A stretch of 46,048 bases of DNA from an uncultured Plesiomonas sp. Its GTDB lineage: Bacteria > Pseudomonadota > Gammaproteobacteria > Enterobacterales > CAMTGL01. The stretch spans positions 1 to 46,048 of the forward strand of contig CAMTGL010000001.1 of assembly GCA_947071955.1 (NCBI GenBank), read 5' to 3'. The notes beneath the pieces were generated by a model. It worked only from the letters and a program-made list of their open reading frames with translations, searched no databases and was not told where the DNA came from. The position numbers and the translations under genes are program-made. Positions 1 to 9,067 of the stretch are shown here, one piece after another (position 1 is the first letter of the stretch; every line of letters begins with the position of its first letter).

Positions 1-496
1 GCCGTGCCAACCAAAAGCCACCGATTTGACCTGTATGTAAAAAGTGCCATGTAACTATTTTCATGTTTTATGGCGCTATTTGCATGCGGCTGTCTTGAGG
101 TTGCCAGCGCCCTGTTGCGGTTACATAGTACAGTACATAGCACTGTGAGATATGGCAGAGATATATCAGTACAATCAATCTGCCCATACACCCGATAAGC
201 ACTTGCTGATTTTCTCAATTACGGGTATTACTCGTAGAGGAAGCAACCCGTTTGCACGATAAATAATAATGAAATCAGAGGGTGTTATGGAGATTCGTCG
301 GCTCTGTAAGTGGGGAAGAGATGAGTACAGTGAGCATTTTAGTCTGCTGTGTGAAATTACCCGTAAACCAAAGTTTAGCTGTATACGCTGTGGGCGCAGT
401 GCGCGTAAAAAACGCTACTTATGCAAGCCGCAAAAGCGTGAGTGACCCTCTGTTAGGGCAGTTTAGTTTCATTTAACGAAATGCAGTCTCACTAAA

Positions 497-552
497 CTAA
501 ATTCAGTACTCTAAATCCAGTATTCCATATCGAATATTCCATATCTAATATA
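497..552. repeat. Four degenerate tandem 14-mers
   Basis: CTAAATTCAGTACT / CTAAATCCAGTATT / CCATATCGAATATT / CCATATCTAATATA, exact 14-bp period. Confidence 0.6.
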
Positions 553-577
553 GCGCCGTCATTGGGCGGCGCTATAT
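548..577 (-). terminator. Hairpin downstream of uspA, probable terminator
   Basis: ATATAGCGCCGTC-ATTG-GGCGGCGCTATAT, 13-bp stem with one imperfect pair, about 70 nt past the uspA stop; no strong U-tract. Confidence 0.5.
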
Positions 578-649
578 ATAGGCGCTATATGTAAGCGTGC
601 CATTATCGCCTTGCCGTATTATCGCAGATCATCGAATCTGAGAGCGTGG

Positions 650-1081
650 TTACTCATCATCGCGCAGCGGTACAATCAGCATATCAATCGGTATATTGTT
701 CATCAGTTGGCGTGCTGATGACATTAGCTTACTCCAGAAATCCTGATGATGGCCGCAGACCAGTAAGTCCACATCATACTGCTTGATAGCATCAATCAGT
801 ACCTGCCCCAAATCACCGCTGCCACTCAAGGTTTCGCGGATAGGATAACCGCCACTCAGTGCCAATTCACGCAGTGCTGCATGGGTCTCTTCCGTGATTT
901 TTTGCTTCATATCCCCCAAGTTGACATCAATCAGCCCGGTATACAGATCCGAATAGTTGACATCGACATGGATCAACGAAACTTTGGCGGCATTTCGTTT
1001 GGCAATACCGACCGCTTTTTTCACCAAGTAGTGGCTTTCTGGTGACAGGTCAACGGCAACTAAAATGTGTTGATAGGCCAT
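650..1081 (-). CDS. uspA: Universal stress protein A
   Basis: [16 protein letters not shown]...[21 protein letters not shown], very close to enterobacterial UspA; AAGGAG RBS on the minus strand. Confidence 0.97.
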   Translation of the reverse strand: MAYQHILVAVDLSPESHYLVKKAVGIAKRNAAKVSLIHVDVNYSDLYTGLIDVNLGDMKQKITEETHAALRELALSGGYPIRETLSGSGDLGQVLIDAIKQYDVDLLVCGHHQDFWSKLMSSARQLMNNIPIDMLIVPLRDDE

Positions 1082-1474
1082 GATGATGCTCCTTTTTCAT
1101 GCATTTAGTTGCTCTGATGGTAGCACCGGCTTGCGCCGTAAAATGCCTTACCGATCACAGGCTGCTATCGGGTTTGAGGCAGGCCACAGCAACAACACCG
1201 GTTTGTTGCCTAAAGGTATAACCATTAATGGCAGTAAATACCTTCATTAAGTGTGGCGGGTTATAACGTTTTCTGCTGACACTTTTACCGGATGAAACAG
1301 GGAAAATACGATAAATAAAAAAAATTAAACACTACATTTTGTCTATTTATGTGGTTATTTAATCGGCATTTTGATTGATTTGCAGCCTGTCGGTCTGGTT
1401 TTTATCCAAGAAATAAACAGATCTTTTGTTGCTATGGTTTGGGGGAAATTTGCCGCGATGGATTTCCGGTGTCA

Positions 1475-1522
1475 TTGATAACGGTATCAAGTAATACACG
1501 ACAGAACGTGATCAGGCTTACA
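1475..1522. promoter_or_regulatory. Palindromic operator-like site and CRP-like site upstream of the SDR gene
   Basis: TTGATA-ACGG-TATCAA inverted repeat (1475-1490); CGTGA-N6-TTACA (1507-1522), 8/10 match to the CRP consensus. Confidence 0.4.
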
Positions 1523-1568
1523 AACTTATTTATTACGATCAACGCAGAACAGGTGCAGGAGTGATGCA

Positions 1569-2300
1569 ATGAAAAATAAAATCTGTGTAGTAACCGGTGG
1601 TGGTCGTGGCATTGGCCGGCAAATTGTGAATACCTTGGCCGATGCAGGTGCAGCAATGGTGATTGCCTGTGACCTTGATCCGGCGGCGCTGGAAGAGACC
1701 GCCAGCGGGCGGGCCAATGTGCGTGGTTATGTACTTAATGTGACCGACCGCAGTGCGATCCCCGCGTTTATCGAATCGGTAGTTAAAGAGTTCGGCCAGA
1801 TTGATGTGCTGGTGAATAATGCCGGTGTCACGCGCGATAACCTGATCCAGAAGATGACCGAGCAGGAGTGGGATCTGGTGCTGGATATCAACCTCAAAGG
1901 GGTCTTTAACCTGACACAAGCGGTTGCACCTGTGATGATGGAGCAGGGCAGTGGCGCGGTTGTCAGCCTCTCTTCGGTGGTGGGGATCGACGGTAATATC
2001 GGTCAGAGTAACTATGCGGCCAGTAAAGGCGGTGTGATTGCGATGACCAAAACCTGGGCGAAAGAGTTTACCCGCAAGGGGGCGAAGGTCAGGGTTAATG
2101 CGGTTGCACCGGGCTTTATCCGCACCCCAATGACGGCGGTTGTACCGGACAAAGTCATTGATTATATGGTGGGCAAAACCCCACTCGGGCGCATGGGTAC
2201 CGCAGAGGATATTGCGCAGGCGGTGCTATTTTTGGTCAGTGATCAGTCGGCCTTTATCACCGGGCAGGTGTTGCGCGTTGATGGTGGGCTGACGGTTTAA
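1569..2300 (+). CDS. Short-chain dehydrogenase/reductase, 3-oxoacyl-ACP/acetoacetyl-CoA reductase (FabG-like paralog)
   Basis: TGGGRGIG, NNAG, YAASK catalytic motif, VNAVAPG, TGQVLRVDGG; AGGAG RBS. Confidence 0.9.
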   Translation: MKNKICVVTGGGRGIGRQIVNTLADAGAAMVIACDLDPAALEETASGRANVRGYVLNVTDRSAIPAFIESVVKEFGQIDVLVNNAGVTRDNLIQKMTEQEWDLVLDINLKGVFNLTQAVAPVMMEQGSGAVVSLSSVVGIDGNIGQSNYAASKGGVIAMTKTWAKEFTRKGAKVRVNAVAPGFIRTPMTAVVPDKVIDYMVGKTPLGRMGTAEDIAQAVLFLVSDQSAFITGQVLRVDGGLTV

Positions 2301-2416
2301 CCCGTCGCTTAATCGGGCATTACCCTGATATTTGGCACGAAGCCTTGCCCGAATATAGGGCCAGAACACAATGCAGTGGCTTGAGTAAACATAATAATAA
2401 CAATCCGTGTATGATT

Positions 2417-2441
2417 GCCCCGCACTGCGGGGCTTTTTTTT
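2417..2441 (+). terminator. Intrinsic terminator
   Basis: GCCCCGC-ACT-GCGGGGC followed by T8. Confidence 0.85.
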
Positions 2442-2512
2442 GCCCGTGCAGATACCTGAATGTGTGAATGGAAATTGATACCCAAAGGGTATCCTTGGAG
2501 GATTGAACCATA

Positions 2513-3556
2513 ATGATAAGCAAAGGGTGGGTCTTTGGCCTGATGATCGGTGCATCAGTTGGCTTCAGCACACAGGCTGTTGCGAAAGAGAAATTGTACG
2601 TCTATAACTGGACTGATTATATTCCAGCCGCGCTGTTAGAGCAGTTCACTAAAGAGACCGGCATCGACGTTATTTACTCCACTTTTGAGAGTAACGAAGA
2701 GATGTACTCGAAGCTGAAACTGACGCAAGGGGCTGGGTATGATTTGGTGGTTCCCTCTACGTACTACATCAGCAAAATGGCCCGCGAGGGGATGCTGCAA
2801 ACACTGGATCACCGCCAGTTGAAAAATTTTGCTAACCTCGACCCGAGTTTATTATCCCAAGAGTTCGATCCTAAAAATCAGTTTTCAGTCCCTTATGTCT
2901 GGGGGGCAACCGGTATTGCGGTGAATCGCGCAGAGATTGACCCGACGACGGTAAATAGCTGGCAGGATTTATGGAAACCGGCGTTTAAAGATCACCTACT
3001 ACTGACCAATGACTCACGTGAAGTGTTCCATATGGCACTGCTGGTAAAAGGGTTTTCCCCCAATACCACCAATCCAGATGAGATTGGCCAAGCTTATGAG
3101 TTTTTGCGCCCCTTGATGCCGAATGTTCGGGTATTTAATTCCGATGCGCCGGATGTACCCTATCTGCAAGATGAGGTGTCGGTCGGGATGATCTGGAATG
3201 GCCCAGCATGGCGAGCTGCGCAAGAGAACCCCGATATTCAGTTTATCTATCCTAAAGAGGGGGCGATTTTCTGGATGGATAGCATGGCGATTCCGGCACA
3301 GGCTCAAAACCCGCAGGCCGCTTACCGCTTTATCGATTTTTTGTTGCGCCCCGAAAGCGCGGTAGCGATCATCAAAGAGCTGGGTTATTCGGTTCCAAAC
3401 CGCGCGGCTATCCCGTTATTGGATAAAGCAATGGCCGAGAATACTACCTTGTTCCCGCCGGCCGCGGCCATGCAAAAAGGCCAGTTTCAGCGTGATGTCG
3501 GTGATGCCATTACGCTGTACGAAACCTACTGGAATCAGTTACGCTCGGGTAAATAA
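2513..3556 (+). CDS. potD: Spermidine/putrescine ABC transporter periplasmic binding protein (PotD family), stand-alone
   Basis: Signal peptide; YNWTDYI, FTKETGI, STFESNE, YDLVVPSTY, PKEGAIFWMD motifs; GGAGG RBS. Confidence 0.88.
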   Translation: MISKGWVFGLMIGASVGFSTQAVAKEKLYVYNWTDYIPAALLEQFTKETGIDVIYSTFESNEEMYSKLKLTQGAGYDLVVPSTYYISKMAREGMLQTLDHRQLKNFANLDPSLLSQEFDPKNQFSVPYVWGATGIAVNRAEIDPTTVNSWQDLWKPAFKDHLLLTNDSREVFHMALLVKGFSPNTTNPDEIGQAYEFLRPLMPNVRVFNSDAPDVPYLQDEVSVGMIWNGPAWRAAQENPDIQFIYPKEGAIFWMDSMAIPAQAQNPQAAYRFIDFLLRPESAVAIIKELGYSVPNRAAIPLLDKAMAENTTLFPPAAAMQKGQFQRDVGDAITLYETYWNQLRSGK

Positions 3557-3666
3557 GCGAGTATGTTCAGCAGTAATCCGTTTGGCTTACCGCATTTTAG
3601 CGCTGACGATGGCGACGACAATGTAAGCGTAAGCAGAAGTTCTATTCTCAACATCAAGGAGTTTTT

Positions 3667-4194
3667 ATGCTGGCACAAGCCATGATTGATAAATTAAATG
3701 AGCAGTTGAATCTGGAATTCTTCTCATCCAACTTGTATCTGCAAATGAGCGCATGGTGTGATCACCACGGGTTTGACGGTGCGGCACTGTTTTTGCGCCA
3801 GCACGCGACAGAAGAGATGCAGCATATGCAGCGTTTGTTCAACTATGTCAGCGAAACCGGTGCACTGCCGCTGATTGGTGCTATTGCCGCGCCGGATACC
3901 GAGTACCGCTCGCTGTCTGATGTGTTTGATAAAACCTATGAGCATGAGCAACTGATCACTCGCCAAATCAATGAGTTAGTGCATGTGGCTTTCAGCACGC
4001 AAGATTACTCTACGTTCAGCTTCCTGCAATGGTATGTGGCCGAGCAGCACGAAGAAGAGAAGCTGTTTAAAAGCATTCTGGATAAGATTGAGCTGGTGGG
4101 TGAAGATGGTAAGGCATTGTTCTTTATCGATAAAGATCTGAAAGCTTTGGCGCAAACCGGTAATGCCAATGCGGTAGCCAGCAGCGCGGAATAA
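3667..4194 (+). CDS. ftnA: Non-heme ferritin
   Basis: [44 protein letters not shown] ferroxidase motifs; AAGGAG RBS. Confidence 0.95.
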   Translation: MLAQAMIDKLNEQLNLEFFSSNLYLQMSAWCDHHGFDGAALFLRQHATEEMQHMQRLFNYVSETGALPLIGAIAAPDTEYRSLSDVFDKTYEHEQLITRQINELVHVAFSTQDYSTFSFLQWYVAEQHEEEKLFKSILDKIELVGEDGKALFFIDKDLKALAQTGNANAVASSAE

Positions 4195-4382
4195 TCTGCG
4201 TGACAGCTTGAGCGAAACCGAAGTAAGAAATAGCGCCGTGCAGGATAGATCCTTTGCCTGAACTGCGCTATATCTATTTCGTTGCGCGATATCTATTTTG
4301 CACTACATGTGTCTGCTCTGAATATGGCACCATAGAAACTAAAACAGAACACCGTAAACGGAATACGGAAGAGAGTAGGTAG

Positions 4383-4736
4383 ATGGATTTACACTGGGTT
4401 GTTTGGGTTTTACTGCTGATCAGCGTCGTGAATATTGCACGCTATATTTCTAGCCTGAAAGTGCTGCTGTTTGTTATGCGGGAAAGTGACCCGTACCTGT
4501 ATTTGCAGGTTGATGGGCGCGGTTTTTTTCGTGCAACAGGGGTGATCTCAAAGCAGATCCGGCTGTTTCACTATCTGCGTGAACAGCGTTATGTATCCCA
4601 CCATGATCCGCTGTTTATCGAAAAATGCGCCAAAGTCAGGCAGCTATTTATCTTTACCAGCAGCTTATTGTTGCTGATGCTGGCCACGCTGTTGCTGAGT
4701 ATTTTTCTGCCGGAAGCGTTGGTATTGGCCGAGTAG
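4383..4736 (+). CDS. uspB: Universal stress protein B (inner membrane)
   Basis: VNIARYISSLKVLL..MRESDP.LY.QVDGRGFF, HHDP.FI.KC; two hydrophobic segments; synteny with uspA and pitA. Confidence 0.9.
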   Translation: MDLHWVVWVLLLISVVNIARYISSLKVLLFVMRESDPYLYLQVDGRGFFRATGVISKQIRLFHYLREQRYVSHHDPLFIEKCAKVRQLFIFTSSLLLLMLATLLLSIFLPEALVLAE

Positions 4737-4743
4737 TTCTAAA

Positions 4744-4777
4744 ACAACATCGGCAACCCGAGGGCTGCCGATGTTGT
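4744..4777. terminator. Hairpin terminator between convergent uspB and pitA
   Basis: ACAACATCGGCA ... TGCCGATGTTGT, 12-bp perfect stem. Confidence 0.7.
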
Positions 4778-4815
4778 AATCGTTCTGATTATCTGATGAC
4801 GGAAAAAGTGTACGG

Positions 4816-6297
4816 TCAGAGGATAACGTAGCTTGCGATCCAAAATAGTGCACAAGAGAGCAGCATGGTGGCCGGTAAGGTGAAAATCCACGCCATCAGA
4901 ATGCTTTTCACTGTGCCTGATTGCAGGCGATTTTTGTTGGCTAACATCGATCCCGCTACAGCGGAAGAGAGTACGTGCGTAGTCGATACCGGCATACCGG
5001 TAATACTGGCGATCCCGATAGCAGAGGCTGCCGTGATCTGCGCTGCCATACCCTGAGAGTAGCCCATGCCGCGTTCGCCAATTTTTTCACCCACAGTGAC
5101 CACAATACGACGCCAGCCGACCAGTGTACCCAGACCCAGTGCCAGTGCGACAGCCACAATGACCCATGTTGGAGCATATTCAGTGGTCTGATTTAGATCA
5201 GCACGTAAGGTATTGAGATTGCTAGAGTCAGACTTCGATAACCCCGGCTGTGATGCCACTTTCTTTGCGGTATCATCAATACACAGGATCAAACGACGCG
5301 TCATCCGGCGTTGCTCGGTATCCAGATCGCTGTAACTGTTTACGCCCCGTAGCAGATTCCCCAGCTTATCCAATGATTCACGCGTCTGCGCCGGATTACA
5401 GTGGAATTTACCCTGTGGAATAGCGTTATCTTCAGTACTCACCGGATGGCGGGCAATAAAGGCATCTAATACCTCAGTATTGCTGGCATAAATACCGGCA
5501 ATATGTTCTGCCGCATCGGCGGTTTTGGCGATTTCGTACTTGCTGGCATCCATGTTGACCACGAACTGCGATGGTGCGATACCGATCAAAACCAGCATCA
5601 GCAGACCAATCCCTTTCTGGCCATCATTCGAGCCGTGTGCAAAGCTGACACCAAATGAGGAGAGGATCAGCATAGTGCGCGGCCAAAATGGTGGATGCTT
5701 CTTGCCATCGAGCAGTTGACGCTCTTCTGGGTTAAGATGCATGTGCGATGTCGGGTAGAGCCGTTTTAGCGTTAGCAGCACCACACCGGCAACCGCAAGG
5801 CCAACCAGTGGCGAGACGATCAGCGAAAGCATCACATCCAGCGCTTTTTTGAGGTTCACTCCATCACTGATCGAGGTGTGTGTCATCAATGCATTGGCCA
5901 CGCCGACACCCAGAATCGAACCGATTAAGGTGTGCGAACTTGAGGCCGGTAGCCCCAGATACCATGTGCCGAAATTCCACACAATGGCGGTCAATAGCAT
6001 TGAGAAGACCATGATCAAGCCATGTGTCGAGCTGATATTGACCAACAGATCAATCGGCAGCAGGTGCACAATGGCGTAGGCGACACTCAGCCCTCCTAAC
6101 AACACCCCGAAGAAATTAAAAAATCCCGACAGTACAACTGCAAGTTGTGCCGGCATTGCTTTGGTGTAGATAACCGTCGCTACCGCATTGGCAGTGTCGT
6201 GAAATCCGTTAATAAACTCGTAAGCCAAAACAAATAATAACGCCAGCCCAAGCAGAATGGCGATATGAGTATCAAGACCGGTAAATATATCAAACAT
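4816..6297 (-). CDS. pitA: Low-affinity inorganic phosphate transporter (Pit family)
   Basis: EFINGFHDTANAVAT, GLPASSSH, HGSNDGQKG, PVSTTH motifs; start moved to ATG 6297 (MFDIFTGLD) by similarity to the PitA N-terminus. Confidence 0.93.
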   Translation of the reverse strand: MFDIFTGLDTHIAILLGLALLFVLAYEFINGFHDTANAVATVIYTKAMPAQLAVVLSGFFNFFGVLLGGLSVAYAIVHLLPIDLLVNISSTHGLIMVFSMLLTAIVWNFGTWYLGLPASSSHTLIGSILGVGVANALMTHTSISDGVNLKKALDVMLSLIVSPLVGLAVAGVVLLTLKRLYPTSHMHLNPEERQLLDGKKHPPFWPRTMLILSSFGVSFAHGSNDGQKGIGLLMLVLIGIAPSQFVVNMDASKYEIAKTADAAEHIAGIYASNTEVLDAFIARHPVSTEDNAIPQGKFHCNPAQTRESLDKLGNLLRGVNSYSDLDTEQRRMTRRLILCIDDTAKKVASQPGLSKSDSSNLNTLRADLNQTTEYAPTWVIVAVALALGLGTLVGWRRIVVTVGEKIGERGMGYSQGMAAQITAASAIGIASITGMPVSTTHVLSSAVAGSMLANKNRLQSGTVKSILMAWIFTLPATMLLSCALFWIASYVIL

Positions 6298-6919
6298 AAA
6301 ATAAGCCATAAAACCGTCATCAGACTGGCGCATTATCAATATAAATAGCGCCGCTACAAAGCGAAAATTCGAGTTATTTTTAAAAGTGCCGCAAAAAAGG
6401 CAGGAATAATTGCACGCTGTTACCCGTAACCTTAAGTGATTTTCATTATTAACAAATTGATTTATAATTAAATTAATATTTAATTACATTTATATCTGCT
6501 TTTGCAATGAACCCTGTGGGTAAATCCGTGGTTAAGCTCGCATTTCACGATGATTGTGCCATTTCATGACGCAATTTAGCGTTTTTATGCTTTTTCCGTT
6601 CAATTGTTATTGGCGGGATGAGCAACCCACCCTATTTCAATATGGTATTTAATTGTGATGCCAGTATTTTCCCCTCACCTTTTTTAATTTCTCTTACGCT
6701 GTTTTACGTTATGTCGTGTTTTTTACTTCATTTTATCTTTTCTGTTTAGAAAAGATTTAAGGCTCTCTTTTTATTCTGTTTCCCCATGCTATGGCTTCTT
6801 TATTGCTCTTAAGGCACTGACCATATCTGGTGGTTAGCCGTAAAGCCCATTACAATCCGCCGATGATTTGGTGGCCGCCGGTGAATGCGCGGTGGCAACA
6901 AGGTGAACTAGAGGCGAGT

Positions 6920-8170
6920 GTGAAGACTGAATTTGATGTAGTGATTATCGGAGCAGGGGCAGCAGGGTTACTGTGTGCGGCAATGGCCGCTGAGCGCGGG
7001 CGACGTGTGCTAGTGGTGGATAACGGTAAAAAAGCCGGACGTAAAATTTTGATGTCGGGCGGTGGCCGTTGCAATTTCACCAATTTGTATATTGAGCCGG
7101 CTGCCTATCTGTCTGAAAATCCGCATTTTTGTAAGTCAGCACTTTCACGTTATACCCAGTGGGATTTCATTGCGCTGGTGGCAAAACACAATATTGCCTA
7201 TCACGAGAAAACCCTCGGGCAGTTGTTTTGTGATGACTCCGCCGAGCAGATCGTGGCCATGTTGCTGGCCGAATGTGCCGAGTACGGTGCACAAATCCGC
7301 CTGCGGTGTGATGTTAGTGCAGTTGAACGGGTTGCCGCTGAACAGACAGCCGACAGCGCCGATGTACCGTATAGCGCTGATGCACCGTATAGCGCCGATG
7401 CACCGTATTTAGTGCAGACCAGCAACGGAGCAATTTGTTGTCAGTCGGTGGTGGTGGCCAGTGGCGGATTATCAATGCCGGGGCTGGGCGCAACACCACT
7501 GGGTTATCGGATTGCCGAGCAGTTTTCACTGCCGATTATCCCCACCCGTGCCGGATTAGTGCCATTTACGCTGCACAAAGCTGAGCTTGATGCTCAGCAA
7601 TCGCTGGCGGGAATTGCTATTCCGGTGAGTGTTGAGTCACAGCAAGGCGTTGTGTTTCGTGAAAATCTGCTATTTACCCACCGTGGTCTATCGGGGCCGG
7701 CGATTTTGCAGATCTCCAGTTACTGGAAAGCGGGGGAAACAGTCAGTGTGAATCTGCTGCCTGATCTTGATTTGCTGGCCGAGCTGGAGCAGTTGCGGCA
7801 GGCACAGCCAAATCTTAGCCTAAAAAATGCACTGTCGCGCTGGCTGCCAAAACGTTTTGTCGAGTGTTGGATAGAGCAGCAGCGGTTGCCTAATCCGGTA
7901 CTATCGCAACTGAGTAATGCACAAAAAGCGGCACTGGTCAGTGCGCTACAGCAGTGGGCGGTGCAGCCAAATAGCACGGAAGGTTATCGTACTGCAGAGG
8001 TTACACTCGGTGGTGTAGATACGCGGGTGTTGTCATCAAAAACCATGCAGGCGAACGATATTCCCGGTCTCTATTTTATCGGCGAAGTGGTGGATGTTAC
8101 CGGTTGGCTCGGCGGATACAACTTCCAGTGGGCATGGAGCTCGGCCTACGCCTGTGCTCAGGCGTTATAA
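6920..8170 (+). CDS. yhiN: NAD(P)/FAD-dependent oxidoreductase, HI0933/YhiN/BaiN family
   Basis: IIGAGAAG, GRKILMSGGGRCNFTN, LFTHRGLSGPAILQ, GWLGGYNFQWAW; GTG start at 6920 after GAGG; divergent from pitA as in E. coli. Confidence 0.9.
   Translation: MKTEFDVVIIGAGAAGLLCAAMAAERGRRVLVVDNGKKAGRKILMSGGGRCNFTNLYIEPAAYLSENPHFCKSALSRYTQWDFIALVAKHNIAYHEKTLGQLFCDDSAEQIVAMLLAECAEYGAQIRLRCDVSAVERVAAEQTADSADVPYSADAPYSADAPYLVQTSNGAICCQSVVVASGGLSMPGLGATPLGYRIAEQFSLPIIPTRAGLVPFTLHKAELDAQQSLAGIAIPVSVESQQGVVFRENLLFTHRGLSGPAILQISSYWKAGETVSVNLLPDLDLLAELEQLRQAQPNLSLKNALSRWLPKRFVECWIEQQRLPNPVLSQLSNAQKAALVSALQQWAVQPNSTEGYRTAEVTLGGVDTRVLSSKTMQANDIPGLYFIGEVVDVTGWLGGYNFQWAWSSAYACAQAL
7355..7408 (+). repeat. In-frame 18-bp tandem repeat x3 (SADVPY-SADAPY-SADAPY)
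   Basis: AGCGCCGATGTACCGTAT AGCGCTGATGCACCGTAT AGCGCCGATGCACCGTAT. Confidence 0.95.
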
Positions 8171-8363
8171 GTGAGACATTAATAGTAATAGAAACAAGCG
8201 TAGGCTCGCGCACAGGTACAAAAACGCCCGAGTCTGGCCGTTATCGTATGCTGATAGGCAAGTCAATGCTGGGTGCAGATCGCAAGCGGGTTGTATTCAC
8301 AGCGGGCTTGCTAAGGTAAATACCTTGTTTGTCACAATTGCGGCAGATTTACTGTTGTTGCCG

Positions 8364-8392
8364 TTTACAATGCTAATGATAATCGTTATCAT
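8364..8392 (+). promoter_or_regulatory. ryhB promoter with overlapping Fur box
   Basis: -35 TTTACA (8364-8369), 17 bp, -10 TATCAT (8387-8392); GCTAATGATAATCGTTATC (8372-8390) is 17/19 to the Fur consensus. Confidence 0.88.
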
Positions 8393-8398
8393 TAAGTG

Positions 8399-8508
8399 GT
8401 GTTGATGAGGTTGTGACACGACAGCAGCATTAACGCACGACATTGCTCACATATTGCTTCCAAAATGCACTTCGGCCAGCTTACATCCCATAAGCTGGCC
8501 ATTTTTTT
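8399..8508 (+). ncRNA. ryhB: RyhB iron-starvation sRNA (5' end approximate)
   Basis: Core GCACGACATTGCTCAC(AT)ATTGCTTCCA at 8435-8462; Fur-box promoter; terminator GGCCAGCTTA-CATCCCA-TAAGCTGGCC then A-T7 (8474-8508). Confidence 0.92.
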
Positions 8509-8686
8509 ATCTGTGCCTTTTTCTTTATCCCAACACGGCTAATCTTTTGCGCAATTTCCATGCCTATTTTGTGTCGACAGCCTTTTAATGACAAAAATGG
8601 GTGATAAAATCAGCGTGCCCTGATTTTGTATTCTACGCGCCATCACTTATCTGCTCTGGGCTTGATAAAAGTCAAGGACAAAAACA

Positions 8687-8961
8687 GTATCCACAGCAGA
8701 TGATCATATTAAGATCAAGTATTGATCAGCATTAATTTTATTAACTGTATGATTAATAAAGATGTTTATCAGGTTTTTCCTCTAGATCACACTCATGATC
8801 ACAATATCGCATTTTATTGTTCACAAACTTATCCACAGATCAGCCATCATCAAAAAACCGTCTCTAAACCCTATAAATGATCGCAGGGTATGCGGGAATT
8901 TCGTACCGAAAGCGGCTTTATTTAGCATATTGCGGGTTTATGCTGATCTGACGGGGGATAA
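8687..8961. promoter_or_regulatory. DnaA-box and GATC cluster upstream of polA
   Basis: Perfect TTATCCACA at 8829-8837; near matches GTATCCACA 8687-8695 and TTGTTCACA 8817-8825; GATC at 8702, 8713, 8724, 8785, 8797, 8838, 8879, 8945. Confidence 0.7.
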
Positions 8962-9067
8962 CCTATTTTCTGCTGGGGAAGATGAGCAACATGGTGTGCT
9001 GTGATTCGCTTCTGGGCGCAGGTGTGGCATCCTTTAGGGTATTGATGACTGACCGGATACCTTTATT

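Noticed and set aside
1-10. Minus-strand TTGGCACGGC, a possible sigma54 -24 box
   Set aside because: The -12 element would fall outside the window, so it cannot be verified.
282-476. 64-aa ORF
   Set aside because: No recognisable motif and an atypical composition; probably non-coding.
497-552. CRISPR array
   Set aside because: Units are 14 bp, contiguous with no spacers, and there are no cas genes.
1475-1490. FNR site
   Set aside because: The TTGAT and ATCAA half-sites are 6 nt apart rather than 4; kept only as an unassigned palindrome.
2333-2348. TGGCAC-GAAGCC-TTGC as a sigma54 promoter
   Set aside because: Spacing is N6 (GG-N11-GC); sigma54 needs GG-N10-GC.
8687-8961. The true chromosomal oriC
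   Set aside because: It lacks the mioC/gidA context, the canonical 13-mers and the full DnaA box array; reported only as origin-like.
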